From the NCBI GenBank assembly GCA_977018835.1, contig CDRNXO010000001.1:50142-70141 (forward strand): DNA of 20,000 nucleotides, written 5' to 3'. The DNA comes from Minutocellus sp. GHC0000111 (taxonomy: Eukaryota). Below are positions 1-10,277 of the stretch, piece after piece; position 1 is the stretch's first letter; each line of letters opens with the position of its first letter. Under the pieces are notes generated by a model. That model made no database searches, had not been told where the DNA came from, and worked only from the letters and a program-made list of their open reading frames with translations. Position numbers and translations under genes: made by a program.

Positions 1-258
1 CTCCAGTGCCTCCACATCGAAATATTTGTAGATATCCCCTGGCTCCGAAATCTGCTTGGTATCGATGTTCTCTTCTGGCGACCCATCGGCCAAGCGCAGC
101 AGTGAAGGCGAGATGGGTCGTTTCCTACTTTGCACCGGCGCCTTTGCTTGGAAAGCATCGACCGCCGGCTGCTGCTTCAGCAGGCTTGTTGTGACACATG
201 TTGTGATAACAACGCAAAGGACGATTCGTGCCGATGAGGAAGCCGCTAAAGACGGCAT
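1..258 (-). CDS. 5' part of a nucleus-encoded, probably plastid-targeted protein (continues beyond the left edge)
   Basis: Not in the ORF track because it has no stop in the window. ATG at 258 opens a frame to base 1: MPSLAASSSARIVLCVVITTCVTTSLLKQQPAVDA|FQAKAPVQSRKRPISPSLLRLADGSPEENIDTKQ... This reads as a hydrophobic signal peptide, an ASAFAP-like cleavage site with +1 Phe, an R/S/P-rich transit peptide and an acidic mature start. Confidence 0.7.
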   Translation of the reverse strand, partial: MPSLAASSSARIVLCVVITTCVTTSLLKQQPAVDAFQAKAPVQSRKRPISPSLLRLADGSPEENIDTKQISEPGDIYKYFDVEALE

Positions 259-719
259 CCTTGTAAGGCTTATCTTATCCTGCTGCTGCGCGGACGCGTT
301 GTTGTTGTTGCAGGCAGGTGGCCTGGCTGGTCTGGTATCATTGTTGAAGGCGATCCATGCGCCCGTCGGCCGGCGGATCTAAAAATCTGTTTTATAAGAA
401 TAGGAGACCTCTCATACGAGCATGCCATTTTCGAGATCTTGAAACGCCACATGCATGGCTGCGCGAACCAGCACCGGCTCTCGCCTGACTCTCTCTCTTG
501 TTGGTATTTTCACACAAAGTCATCGGCGGAGAGCGCAGCTGCACTCTTATCCCATAAATTGATCTTCGGTGGTCACTTGTCATTTTGGCTCGCTCGCCTC
601 CGCTCCGTCACATTTTTCATCTGCCGAGCCGTGCACATCATTGCCTTCGTCTCTTCGTCAAACCTCATCTTTCTCAGCCACGCACACATTTCAAGAATAA
701 TTGCACACTGCCAACCAAT

Positions 720-720
<1 letters not shown>

Positions 721-807
<87 letters not shown>
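721..807. repeat. Perfect (TAC)29 microsatellite ending 1 nt before the ATG at 809
   Basis: 87 nt of uninterrupted TAC. It produces the poly-Y/L/T/V artefact ORFs in the track. Confidence 0.98.
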
Positions 808-808
808 A

Positions 809-1974
809 ATGAATCTTCCCTTCAACACCGACGTAATCGCAACCATCTTCAATGAGGACGCGACGTTCCTCGATCTGCTCGCCCTTGTCCTGGCCCTTGC
901 GGTCTTTTGGTTCGTCATCTTTGCCATAGCCGCCGCCATCATCAAACCCCTAGTAATGGGCAAGCCTCATCGCTGCCGGCGAACGTGATTATGACCGCGG
1001 CGGAAAGGAGCTCTGGGAGAACGTTGGCGCTCCCAAGACCAAGGCAGAATTTGTCGTATCCTTCATGGACATGTGGGCCTGGAACCAGACCTTGGCCATC
1101 CAGCATCTCATCGGCGGAGCGGTGTGTTTGCCGGCCATCATTCCCAGTCACTTGGGACTGGATCCGTCCGTGGCGGCCAGTCTCGCGTGTCTGGGCATTC
1201 TGTCCGAAATGGGATGGGAGATCGAGGACCAATTGACTTGGATCTACAAGCGCTTCTTCACAAAGGGGGGTAAGGAGAAGGTACCGAATGCTCTGCTGAT
1301 TATCCTGGGTATCCACCACAGCATGACAACCATTCTCGGCCTCCCCATGGTGTTGAATTATCGTGATCTCCCTACACTGCACTGGCTGTGTTTTGACTTG
1401 CAAGCTGCAGCCGCAATCAGTCTCATGGTCACCGAATACACGAATCTCCTTGACATTACCAAGCCCAATCAGCTTCGACAGTTCCAATCGTTGACCTTTT
1501 TTGGGCTTGTCGTTATGGTTGCTACTCGAGGATTCCACTGGGTCTTTCTTTGTGGCAGCCTGCTCGTAATGTGGTATCAGGAGGGAAGATGGTCGTTGGT
1601 ACCATAATCTCGCACTCTTCTCTATGTTCAACTATGCGTTCTGCATCGAGCCCTACTATAAAAGGTTTACCAAATTTGTGAAAGTCTCTGCCGAGTACAA
1701 GAAGTTAACCGCGGATGCGCCGGCCCGTGACAGACGCGCCAGCGTCATCAATCTCGAGGCTGCCGCAGCTGACATTATCAAGCGTGGCAACATCGAGGAA
1801 GAACTTGTGGCAAGCTTGTTCGAGGACCGAAAGGTCAATCGCCGAGCTACTTTGCCGCCATCTGCCTTCAGTGGCAACAAGGGCAGTAAGAGATCATCGC
1901 TGCTTCTGCTTCGAAGCTCAATGGGAGATGTCGCCCATCTTCTGTCGCAGCTCGATACCATCAAGGAGGATTAG
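809..1974 (+). pseudogene. Multi-pass membrane protein, TLC (TRAM/LAG1/CLN8)-like, split over three frames
   Basis: ATG 809 gives MNLPFN...TM...LVMGKP. A frame change at ~966-970 continues into LIAAGERDYDRGGKELWENVGAPKTKAEFVVSFMDMW (frame of ORF 1065-1607). A further frame change at ~1590-1612 leads into LALFSMFNYAFCIEPYYKRF...TAG 1974. TLC-like features: ILGIHH, TEYTNLL, TRGFHW and several TM helices. No credible intron at either break. Confidence 0.7.
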
Positions 1975-2045
1975 CAGAATACATGTTGCATGTTATACGG
2001 AATCTATAATATGAATAAACTCAATTTACTTCTACGCATATCTAA

Positions 2046-3075
2046 CTAGCTAGCCAGTTTTTGTAGCCTGCCTAACGCCGAAACTGAAGGATTGTCGTTT
2101 GTTGTAATTATTTCTTTCAAACTCGTGAAATTAATAGTCCGAAATACAGCCTCCAAAACTGCATTGTTTTGTTTGATTCCTCGCAGCAAGGTTCCAGATG
2201 CCTCTTCACAAAGAGAAGCAAGACGCTCATCGACGACGGCTGTGCCTCCTTTTGCTCCCACAGAAAGCACATTAATGAATGGAGATAGGACCCTGCTGAC
2301 ATTTTCAGATAAGGAATTGCCTGCTTTGACGCCAATATCTTGGTACGGAAATGCCCTTTCGCTGGCGGCGGTCACAACAAGCAGGGTACGAAGGATGGAA
2401 AGCGAATGAAGGTACAGGCAGTGATCGAGGTCAGCAGCTATACCGATTGCGACCATATCGGTATTATTAGCAGGTGAAGTGCCCGATTTAACGGTTGTTG
2501 TCTGGTGATCAGGTCCCTCATTACATATCTGAACGACTGTCTTCAACATCCCTGCTTCCACAGCAGCTTTGATGAGTGCGCCCTGGTGGATGAATCGACT
2601 GAGCAATGAAAACCATTCGGCATACGGATCGGAAGCTGAGATGGCATGAGCAAGGCTAATGCCCCCACATTCCGGTGAGAGTTCCATCACCAAAATCTTC
2701 ATTATGCTGAGAAGCAAACGATGGCAATCTTCTTCCATCGCCAATTCCAGGGCTGGTGCCGAACTGATGAGGATGTCGAGCACTATTTGAACGAGGGTGA
2801 CTATGCCCTCTGTCATATGCACCTCGCCCGAAGCAGTGATTGTGCACCATTTTCCCTTCAACCGACTGTACATGGCCATGAGGGCATCGGCCATATTGGC
2901 GGCTAAAGCAATCCTTTGAGGACCAAAGTCAATGCCCGAGGATGACGACGACGAGCCGCAAAGCCCATCCAACGTAGAGTGGATGTGAGCATATCTGACA
3001 ATGACATCCAGCGAGGGTGGTGTTTCAGCAGATGGATCTTCGCCAGTGCTGCCAAGTCCAAGCCCATTGCGCAGA
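2046..3075 (-). pseudogene. 3' portion of an alpha-helical (possibly ARM/HEAT-like) protein, 5' end missing
   Basis: ORF 2046-2972 starts at TTG only. The frame stays open and protein-like upstream (LRNGLGLGSTGEDPSAETPPSLDVIVRYAHIHSTLDG) to ~3075, then runs into the antisense strand of P5CS with no upstream ATG or room for a promoter. Leu/Ala-rich amphipathic helices. Confidence 0.6.
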
Positions 3076-4886
3076 ACTCGATGTTCTCGGACAATGATTC
3101 CTTGGCTGCTCTCTGCGCACGGACCTTCGGCGCGGAGGTATGTCTCCTCCTTACCGATGTGGAGGGTGTGTACGATCGTCCTCCCAGCGAGGCAGGTGCC
3201 AAGAAGCTTTCGATTTTCCGCAAAGAGTCAAGTGTCACCATTGGCGAAAAGAGTTCGCAAGGTAAGCCTGTTGCATGTGTATGCGATACCCTTCTCTTGT
3301 ATTTGACGTGCATTGTTCTGTTGCATGTAATACATATATATTGTATATACAGATATAACTAATGGAAATGTTCCTTTTGCTTCAATAGGACGTGGCGGCA
3401 TGCAATCCAAGATTGATGCAGCTCTTGCGGCTGTTGAGCCTGGATCCCAGTGCAGCGCCTGCGTCGTCGCTTGTGGCAATGATCTGAATGCGATCCGTGG
3501 TGTCCTTGGGAGGGAGGCTTTCCCTGGTCCTCCCAGGGGCACTCTCTTCGCCACGCCCAACAGTGATCTTTCAATACAGGCCATTCACGAAGTGGAAGAG
3601 GCTGACGCCGCTGCCGGTTTATTTGAATCGGAGGTGGCCCGAGCGAGCGCGATCGCGGCCAAAAATGAGGCACGAAAGCTCCAGGCTCTCTCGTACGGCG
3701 AACGAAAGGCAATCCTCAACGCAGTAGCGGATGCATTGGTGGATCGTAAGGAGGAACTCCTTGCGGCCAATGCCATTGATCTAGAAGCTGCCGCGCGTGA
3801 TGAAGTTGCCCTCCCTCTCGTCCGTAGGTTGAAGCTGACCGATGACAAGCTATCTACCCTCGCTGCAGGTATTCGACAGATTGCGGAGCAGCCAGATCCT
3901 CTCGGCGTCGTAAAAAGCAAAAGAGAGCTGGCTGATGGGCTAGAGCTTTCCCTTACTACGGTCCGCATTGGTGTGCTTATGATCATTTTTGAGTCTCGTC
4001 CAGACTCTCTTCCTCAAATTTCTGCGCTGGCCTTGGCCAGTGGCAACGGGCTGCTTCTCAAGGGTGGCAAGGAGGCCAGTCGCTCAAACGCTGCGCTGCA
4101 CAAGGTGATTGGCGATGCCATTGAGGCTAGTAGTGGCGGCAAGATCAAGCGTGACATCATCGCTTTGATTACCAGCAGAGGTCAGGTAGCCGATATGCTG
4201 AGTCTGGACGACGTCATTGACTTGGTGATTCCTCGTGGCTCGAACGATTTGGTTTCGTACATCAAGGCCAACACTCGGATACCGGTCTTGGGCCATGCCG
4301 ATGGTGTCTGTCACGTCTACATCGATCCCTCGGCAAATGCTGATGATGCCTGCAACTTGAAACGCTCCTACTTCACGAGGACACTCTGACGAATGGTCTT
4401 GCGATTACTATTCTCATGAGCCTCAGGACAGCTGGTGTGAAGTGCCTCGGTGGACCAAGGGCAATAGATTCAGGCCTTTGTGACGTCCCTGCTAAGGAGA
4501 TGAAGTGTGAATATGGAGATCTGACTTGCATGGTAGAGGTCGTGCCCAATATGGATGAAGCCATCGATTGGATTCACAAGTACGGCAGTGGTCATACGGA
4601 GGCCATCGTTTGCGGCGAAGACACTGATGTTGGTGAGGAATTTCTCCGCCGAGTCGATGCCGCGTGTGTCTTCAAAAATGCGTCGACAAGATTTGCCGAT
4701 GGCTACCGCTTTGGTTTGGGCGCTGAGGTTGGTATTTCCACCGGCAGAATTCATTCTCGTGGTCCCGTTGGGGTAGAAGGACTGCTTACCACCAAATGGC
4801 AGCTTCGGTCGTCTGGTCTCAACTGTGTTTCCGAGTATGGAGGAGACGCGCCAACCAAGCTCTACACGCACAAGGAATTATTGTGA
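3076..4886 (+). pseudogene. P5CS: Delta-1-pyrroline-5-carboxylate synthase (glutamate 5-kinase + gamma-glutamyl phosphate reductase), 5'-truncated and internally deleted
   Basis: Kinase motifs FSDNDSLAA, LLTDVEGVY and GRGGMQSK (joined by intron 3262-3388, GTAAGC...AATAG). Reductase motifs IGVLMIIFESRP, LLKGGKEA, IDLVIPRGS, IPVLGHADGVCHVYID, HTEAI, NASTRFADGYRFGLGAEVGIST and RGPVGVEGL. The N-terminal half of the kinase domain is absent. Frameshift at 4355/4356 (ADDAC-aa|LETLLLHED). Confidence 0.93.
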
Positions 4887-5115
4887 AGTGGTTGTGATGA
4901 TCAAGTACCAAACTTTGTATCGCCATGCAATTGGAGGGAATCTGGAGATATGCAATTTTAATCATTCGTCATCTGAAGCGGAATGAATCGGCTCAGCAAG
5001 TGATGCGTCAAAGGACGAGATCTGGATAGAAGTGCTATTTCGTAATAATGCTAGCTAGCTAGAAAACAAAAAATCTGAAGTATGGCAAGTAGTAGTTATG
5101 TTTTTTTGTATCATG

Positions 5116-6368
5116 TTATGTTTTCTTGTCGCGTCCTTGTAAAGTCGCTATATTATGTGTTTTGATTGGTTGGACCAAGGTGTAACTTCGATCACAACCG
5201 TACAGTGGAGAATCAATCACAGCCGTGCTCAACGCAACAGGAGTGACGCCGCCACAGCCAAAGATTAGATGTGGTCTCTCCCGTCTGTAGAATGTGTAGA
5301 GCTCTCTCCTCGATGATTCTGCATTATCGAAGGGCACAGTTCGTAGGTAAGCACAACCTCCAAGGTCGGCCTCGGGAAGCAGTGGTGCCACTCTCCATGT
5401 TCCAGCTTTGCCATTGGTAGAGAAATAATGCCGTCCGCAGTCACCAGAGGCATTATGAGCATATGTTTGACCCCTATCACCATTGTGACTCAACATGTGA
5501 TATCTTCCATCTGCGTCGATCCAAACCGAAGGATCCTCTCCTTCCCAAGGCGTTGGTGGATCAGAATCAAAATCAGGGCCTGGTCCCATATTGCGATATG
5601 TTTTGGGATCGGTCCAATTGGATGCTTCCCATATTGTCCATCTCGTCCAGGCGAGGAGTGATCCATCTTCTCTAATGACCGGTGCGAAATTCATATCAAT
5701 TTGGGGATTGCTCTGGACGTCAGCTAGGCTCGCCAACTTGGACCATGCACTGCCATTTCCTATCTTTGACATGGAGTATGTAAAGTAGGAATAGACGGTA
5801 GCATTCCCACTAATCCCACACTCATTTCCACAGCTTTCTCCCCCTGACCATGATGATCCATCGCTACATCGACATATCTTACAAACAACACGGTGGCTCC
5901 CGATGCAGGATCTCGTACAGCCACGGGCTCGTGGGAAAACTTTGGCAGAACATCAATGGCTTCTTGCCTCTCGAATTTCCATCCATCCTTAGCGCCTTGA
6001 GAAGTGGCATGCACCACGATGGAATCGCTCAACCAGCGATGGATGCCACAGTGATTGCTGATCTCGGACGCGTACATATGGTAGAGGCCATCGTTTGCAT
6101 CATACAACACTGACCCTCCCCAGGTCGGAGTGTAGTGAAGTGGACCAAGCATATTGAGACCAGAGGAGTTGGTCGCCGGGAGTAGATCGAACGACTGGCA
6201 GTACTTCCCCTTCCACCCTAAGAAGCATCTGCATGTTCCATCAAACTGACAGGCACCATTGTAGGAGCAATTGAAAGAGGAGGGAGGGTTGGTCGGCCTG
6301 CCGCAGCTTTTGCCGTCGATTCGAGCTGCAAGTAGGAGCGTCGCGATTAGGAGTGCGCGTGTCTTCAT
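5116..6368 (-). pseudogene. Secreted protein: signal peptide + EGF-like domain + GH43-clan-like five-bladed beta-propeller, frameshifted
   Basis: ATG 6368 gives MKTRALLIATLLLAARIDG. EGF-like CSYNGACQFDGTCRCFLGWKGKYC. Propeller motifs TWGGSV, YHMYASE, SHEP, EDPSVWID, YHML, RRERPHL and SYTLVQP. Frame switch at ~5880 from ..ATVLFV into KICRCSDGSSWSGGESCGNECG...MSKIG; TAA at 5116. Confidence 0.75.
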
Positions 6369-6660
6369 CGTGGTATTGCCATGATACTGCAGTATGCACA
6401 CATCTCATCATGGTGGATGCGTGATGATGATGGCTGCCGAGCCTCATTTTCTTGTTTGAACGGGGCATAAAACGGGGACTGACCCGAAAACATGCACTTT
6501 CCTATTGACGCGACACACTTGAAACGACGAGCTTTTCTATCCTCCCCAGGAAAGTAAAAGTAAAGTAAAGTTGGCATGCAGTTTTCCCATCAATCGTTCC
6601 AACCGAAGCTTGTAGTGCATTTCACCACAGCAAATACTCTCTAGAGTCTAAAAGGGAACC

Positions 6661-9195
6661 ATGTCTATGAGTGCCCGATCCTTCTCCGTTGTCCGAGGTT
6701 CGCTCGTTGGTCAGGGTGATGGCGGAGCGCTCGTCGAACCGCTGATGAAATCGGCATCGCCGGAAGATGCTAACAATCAGGCGACGGATGACCACATCGA
6801 ATCGGGTTCCAGTGTCGAAACTGCCAGTAGCATTGCTGGTGATGGCAATACCGATGACAATGGTGATAGTGGCGATAGTGGTGATAGAAAGAGCAAGCGT
6901 CTCAGTACGTGGCGCGTCAGCTTGGTGGAGCAGGATGCACTGGCAGAGAAGCTCGGCACAACCATTGCCGAGGGCGATGATGTCGAGGAGAAGAATCCCT
7001 GGTCACGACAATTCATCGGTATTCCCATCAATTACTTCAGTGTCGGCCTCGTCTACGGAGGTTCCGTCAACTTGCTTTATCCGGTTCTCATCATTCAGAA
7101 CGGAGTGACCAGCTCCTTCTTCTCGGCGGCCGTCAGCTTAGTCACAGTGTTCTGGTCCTACAAAATTTTCTTTGGTATACTCTGTGATTGTCTTCCCATC
7201 TACGGCCGGCGTTGGAAGTGGTACATCGTCCTTGGCTGGATTCTTTGCGCCGCCTGTCTCGTCGGCCTGGCCAGTATGGGCGCTGATGTGGCGCCCATCA
7301 ACCTGGTAATTGTGCTTACACTAGCTAACCTTGGGTAAGATACAAACGAGCAGGCACATGGTGACACCATACCAGAACAAAAGGAGGTGACATTGTCGCT
7401 CGATCCCCACTTCATTACAGTACTCACCTCCGCTTGTTCTCATTTACTGATATTTCTGTCTTTTTGTAGATATGTGATGGCAGATGTTGCAGCCGATGGT
7501 AAGCAACTGAGCTGGGCAGAAAATATTGATAGCAATGGGAAGAATACTAGCTACGTAGTGTTGCAGCTGTAAGAGTTTTCAACGTTTCCTCTATTGCACT
7601 TACCTTATCTTTTCTTTCAATTTCCTTCCCTTCTCCAGGATTTATGGTAAGCAACGCAACAACACATTTACTAGTAAATAAAAAAGGAAAGGGGCGGTGG
7701 GAAGAAAAGCGCTGCTTACTTTTAGCACTGACCTTCTGGTTTACCCTCTTTTCTTTCCCTTCCCTACTAGGTCTGGATGGCCCACCACGAAGTCATCGAA
7801 AGGCGGGGAAAGATCCAAACTCTTATCTACATCATGCGAGAGATTGGTAGACTTTTGATTAGTATTGTAATCATATTTGGTTTTAGTGGTCCGGAAACTG
7901 CTTGTCCTGGATACGAAGCTGATGCAATTGTCCCTTGCACGACGGACGAGAGCGTGACAAGTCGTAACGATCAATTTGAATCCAACCCCGACGATTGGTG
8001 CCATGCTGTCTGCGATGCTGCCGAATTTCCTTTTGGACTTACCATTCCTCAATTTGTATGGATTATTGCTAGCGTCAATATCGTCAGCATCCCGGCCTAC
8101 TTCCTTTTGTACGAGGAGAAAAGAGCGGCCGAAAAGATCACAGCGGTGCTGGGTGCTTTTTGGAAGGTAATGAAGAGGAAGGCCGTCTGGATGCTAGTCC
8201 TGTACACAATGATCTCAAGTATCACATTCAATGTATTCATCGCTGCAAAGGTACGCGGTATTAATTGATTTTGAGAGAATCTTTGAACGGCGGGAAAACT
8301 GTTATCGATAAAATCTCTTTTTAATTTTTTTTATCTCACATCCTCTTCTTCTGCAATACCATCTCAACATAGAACAACGCCAATTTTGTTTGGCTTGGTT
8401 TGAGCAATGCGCAGAACCAAATGCAAGCCATACTTGAGAATTTTGTCTTCTTGGCAGGATTGGGACTTATTCGTCGCTACGGTCTCAATTGGTCGTGGAG
8501 GAAAATGGTCTGGGCTGGATCACTCCTTGTGACTTTCTTCAATCTTCTATACCTTTTGATTGTATTCCACGTTTTGCGCAACCCGTGGTTCTACATATTC
8601 ACCGACGTAACAGACAACTTCATGTTTACTCTTAACTTCCTTGCGTCGACCTTTGCGATTGTGGAGGTATCCGAGCCTGGTTTTGAGGCGATTACATACG
8701 CCCTTATTACTACAGCCAACAATGCCACCATTCCGTTGTCGATTGTGATCAGTTATCAGTTCATGGCCTTCTTCCCGGAGCTCAATACCCAAGAAGGGCT
8801 AGCCACGGATACTCCTGAGGTTCGACGTGACATGGCATTACTTATAATCATTGTTGAGGCTGTGAATCTGTCTTCCCTATTCGCACTACCTATGCTCGTG
8901 AGGCAGAAGAAGGAGGCTCAGGCAATGATGAAGGAGGGCAAAGTTCACAATCATCTCGGCGTCCATCTTTTTGGTTTATAGCACTATCGTTACTTTCCTC
9001 ACGGTTGCAGGGGCCGATACATATGGATGTCTCAAGATTCTAGGCGGTCCTGGTTGCACAGAGGATGAGAGCAGCATTCCAGTCTACTGCTTGATGGGTG
9101 CGTGCTTTCTGTATTGTTACTGCGTCAACTTCTATCATACGTTCTGGCCCATCCTCAAAGGGGAGAAGAAGTTCACGTGGTCCATGTTCTTTTAG
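6661..9195 (+). pseudogene. BT1/folate-biopterin-like MFS transporter; exons 6661-7334, 7470-7498, 7639-7646, 7771-8250, 8373-9195; frameshift at ~8945
   Basis: Motifs WSYKIFFGILCDCLPIYGRRWKWY and spliced NLGYVMADVAADGFMVWMAHHE..RGKIQTLIY, EVSEPGFEAITYAL. Four canonical GT-AG introns keep the phase. At ~8945 MMKEGK switches frame into KFTIISASIFLVYSTIVTFL, the last TM helices; TAG at 9195. Confidence 0.85.
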
Positions 9196-9554
9196 CTTTC
9201 TACATGTTATTAGAGATTTTAATTATATTGATTTTTTTCATGAGATGTGTTGATTCGATTCGATTCGATTTAGATCTACATGTACTATGTACAGTATCAT
9301 GGGCCCGAACACGCCGCCTCGTTGCCTTGCGGACTGTGGACGCTAAGTTCATTGAATAGATTAGAAGATATATTCCTAAGAGCTGTATTGATTCGATTCG
9401 ATTCATGGTGGGTCCGTCCACGCCGAAGGGTTGACCTGGCTGGAGCCAAGCTGTGGACGGTACGGTACCTTTCGAAAGGTAGATACGTACGTACATCCGT
9501 ACGATGACGAACGGCCCCCCCAGACCCCACCCCACTCACTCCACCTCCATCCTC

Positions 9555-9635
9555 CATCCAGCAGTCTGCCACCCGGCTCGTGCGTTGCCAAGTGTGCGTC
9601 ATCCAGCAGTCTGTCACCCTCGTGCGTTGCCAAGT
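9555..9635. repeat. Imperfect direct repeat (9555-9593 / 9600-9635) upstream of the CX9C gene
   Basis: CATCCAGCAGTCTG(C/T)CACCC(GGC)TCGTGCGTTGCCAAGT occurs twice with a 45-nt offset. Confidence 0.9.
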
Positions 9636-9680
9636 AATCGTGAGTGTGCGCTGTGTCATAGCGGCCTGTATTATTCTCCG

Positions 9681-10044
9681 ATGAGTAGTAACTCGCAGCA
9701 GCACCCATGCGAGGCACCGTCGGCCGCAAGACAATTGTGTCACATGTCAATTGTGTCACATGTACCACGGCATTCAGGGAGAGGAATGTGTCAAGGAGGA
9801 GCTACTCGAAAAGCGATGCTTTGCCGAATTGCTGTGCCGGCAGGAGGCCAAGCGCTTTTACTACGATCCGATACGGAGGGGTGGTGGTGAGGCGAGCTGC
9901 TCAACGCTCGTCGAAAAATTCGCTTTCGAGGAAAATGAGAGTTTGCTGCCGGACGACGCAGGCAGGGAGGACAGAAAGCATTGCCGGACCATCGTCCATG
10001 AGCTGGCCAAGTGTCTGTCCAGGTATCGGGTTGGGCAGAGATAA
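9681..10044 (+). pseudogene. Small CX9C (CHCH-like) protein of 115 aa, frameshifted by a 16-bp tandem duplication
   Basis: CAATTGTGTCACATGT is repeated at 9732-9747 and 9748-9763. Removing one copy gives an intact 348-nt ORF: MSSNSQQHPCEAPSAARQLCHMYHGIQGEECVKEELLEKRCFAELLC...HCRTIVHELAKCLSRYRVGQR, with three CX9C motifs (C10-C20, C31-C41, C96-C106). Confidence 0.8.
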
Positions 10045-10277
10045 ATGGCAATGACGGGTCCTGACACATACGTGTTTGTTAGTTGTAGGTGACGCGGTGG
10101 CTGGCAAGGGAATGATTGATTGGTCTGGACTGATGCGTTGTCCCTCGGCCCCAACGTGATATATGCAATCAGTCGGCCCACATCATTCTTTTCCAAAGAC
10201 AACTTGTACTGTATGCCGAGGATCGCCCACAAAACTTTTTCGTCGGGAGGATCATAACTCATCAAATCGCTAACTAA

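Noticed and set aside
439..988. ORFs with poly-Tyr/Leu/Thr/Val tracts
   Set aside because: These are translations of the (TAC)n microsatellite; the credible CDS begins at ATG 809.
5864..5882. GTAAGA...GTAG as a 19-nt intron rescuing the GH43-like frameshift
   Set aside because: It is too short, and removing it does not restore the downstream frame.
6551..6571. AAAGT short repeats in the divergent promoter
   Set aside because: Low-complexity sequence with no supportable function.
9250..9640. GATTC pentamer runs, short palindromes and direct repeats as a CRISPR array or MITE
   Set aside because: There is no regular repeat-spacer period, and I found no terminal inverted repeats or target-site duplication.
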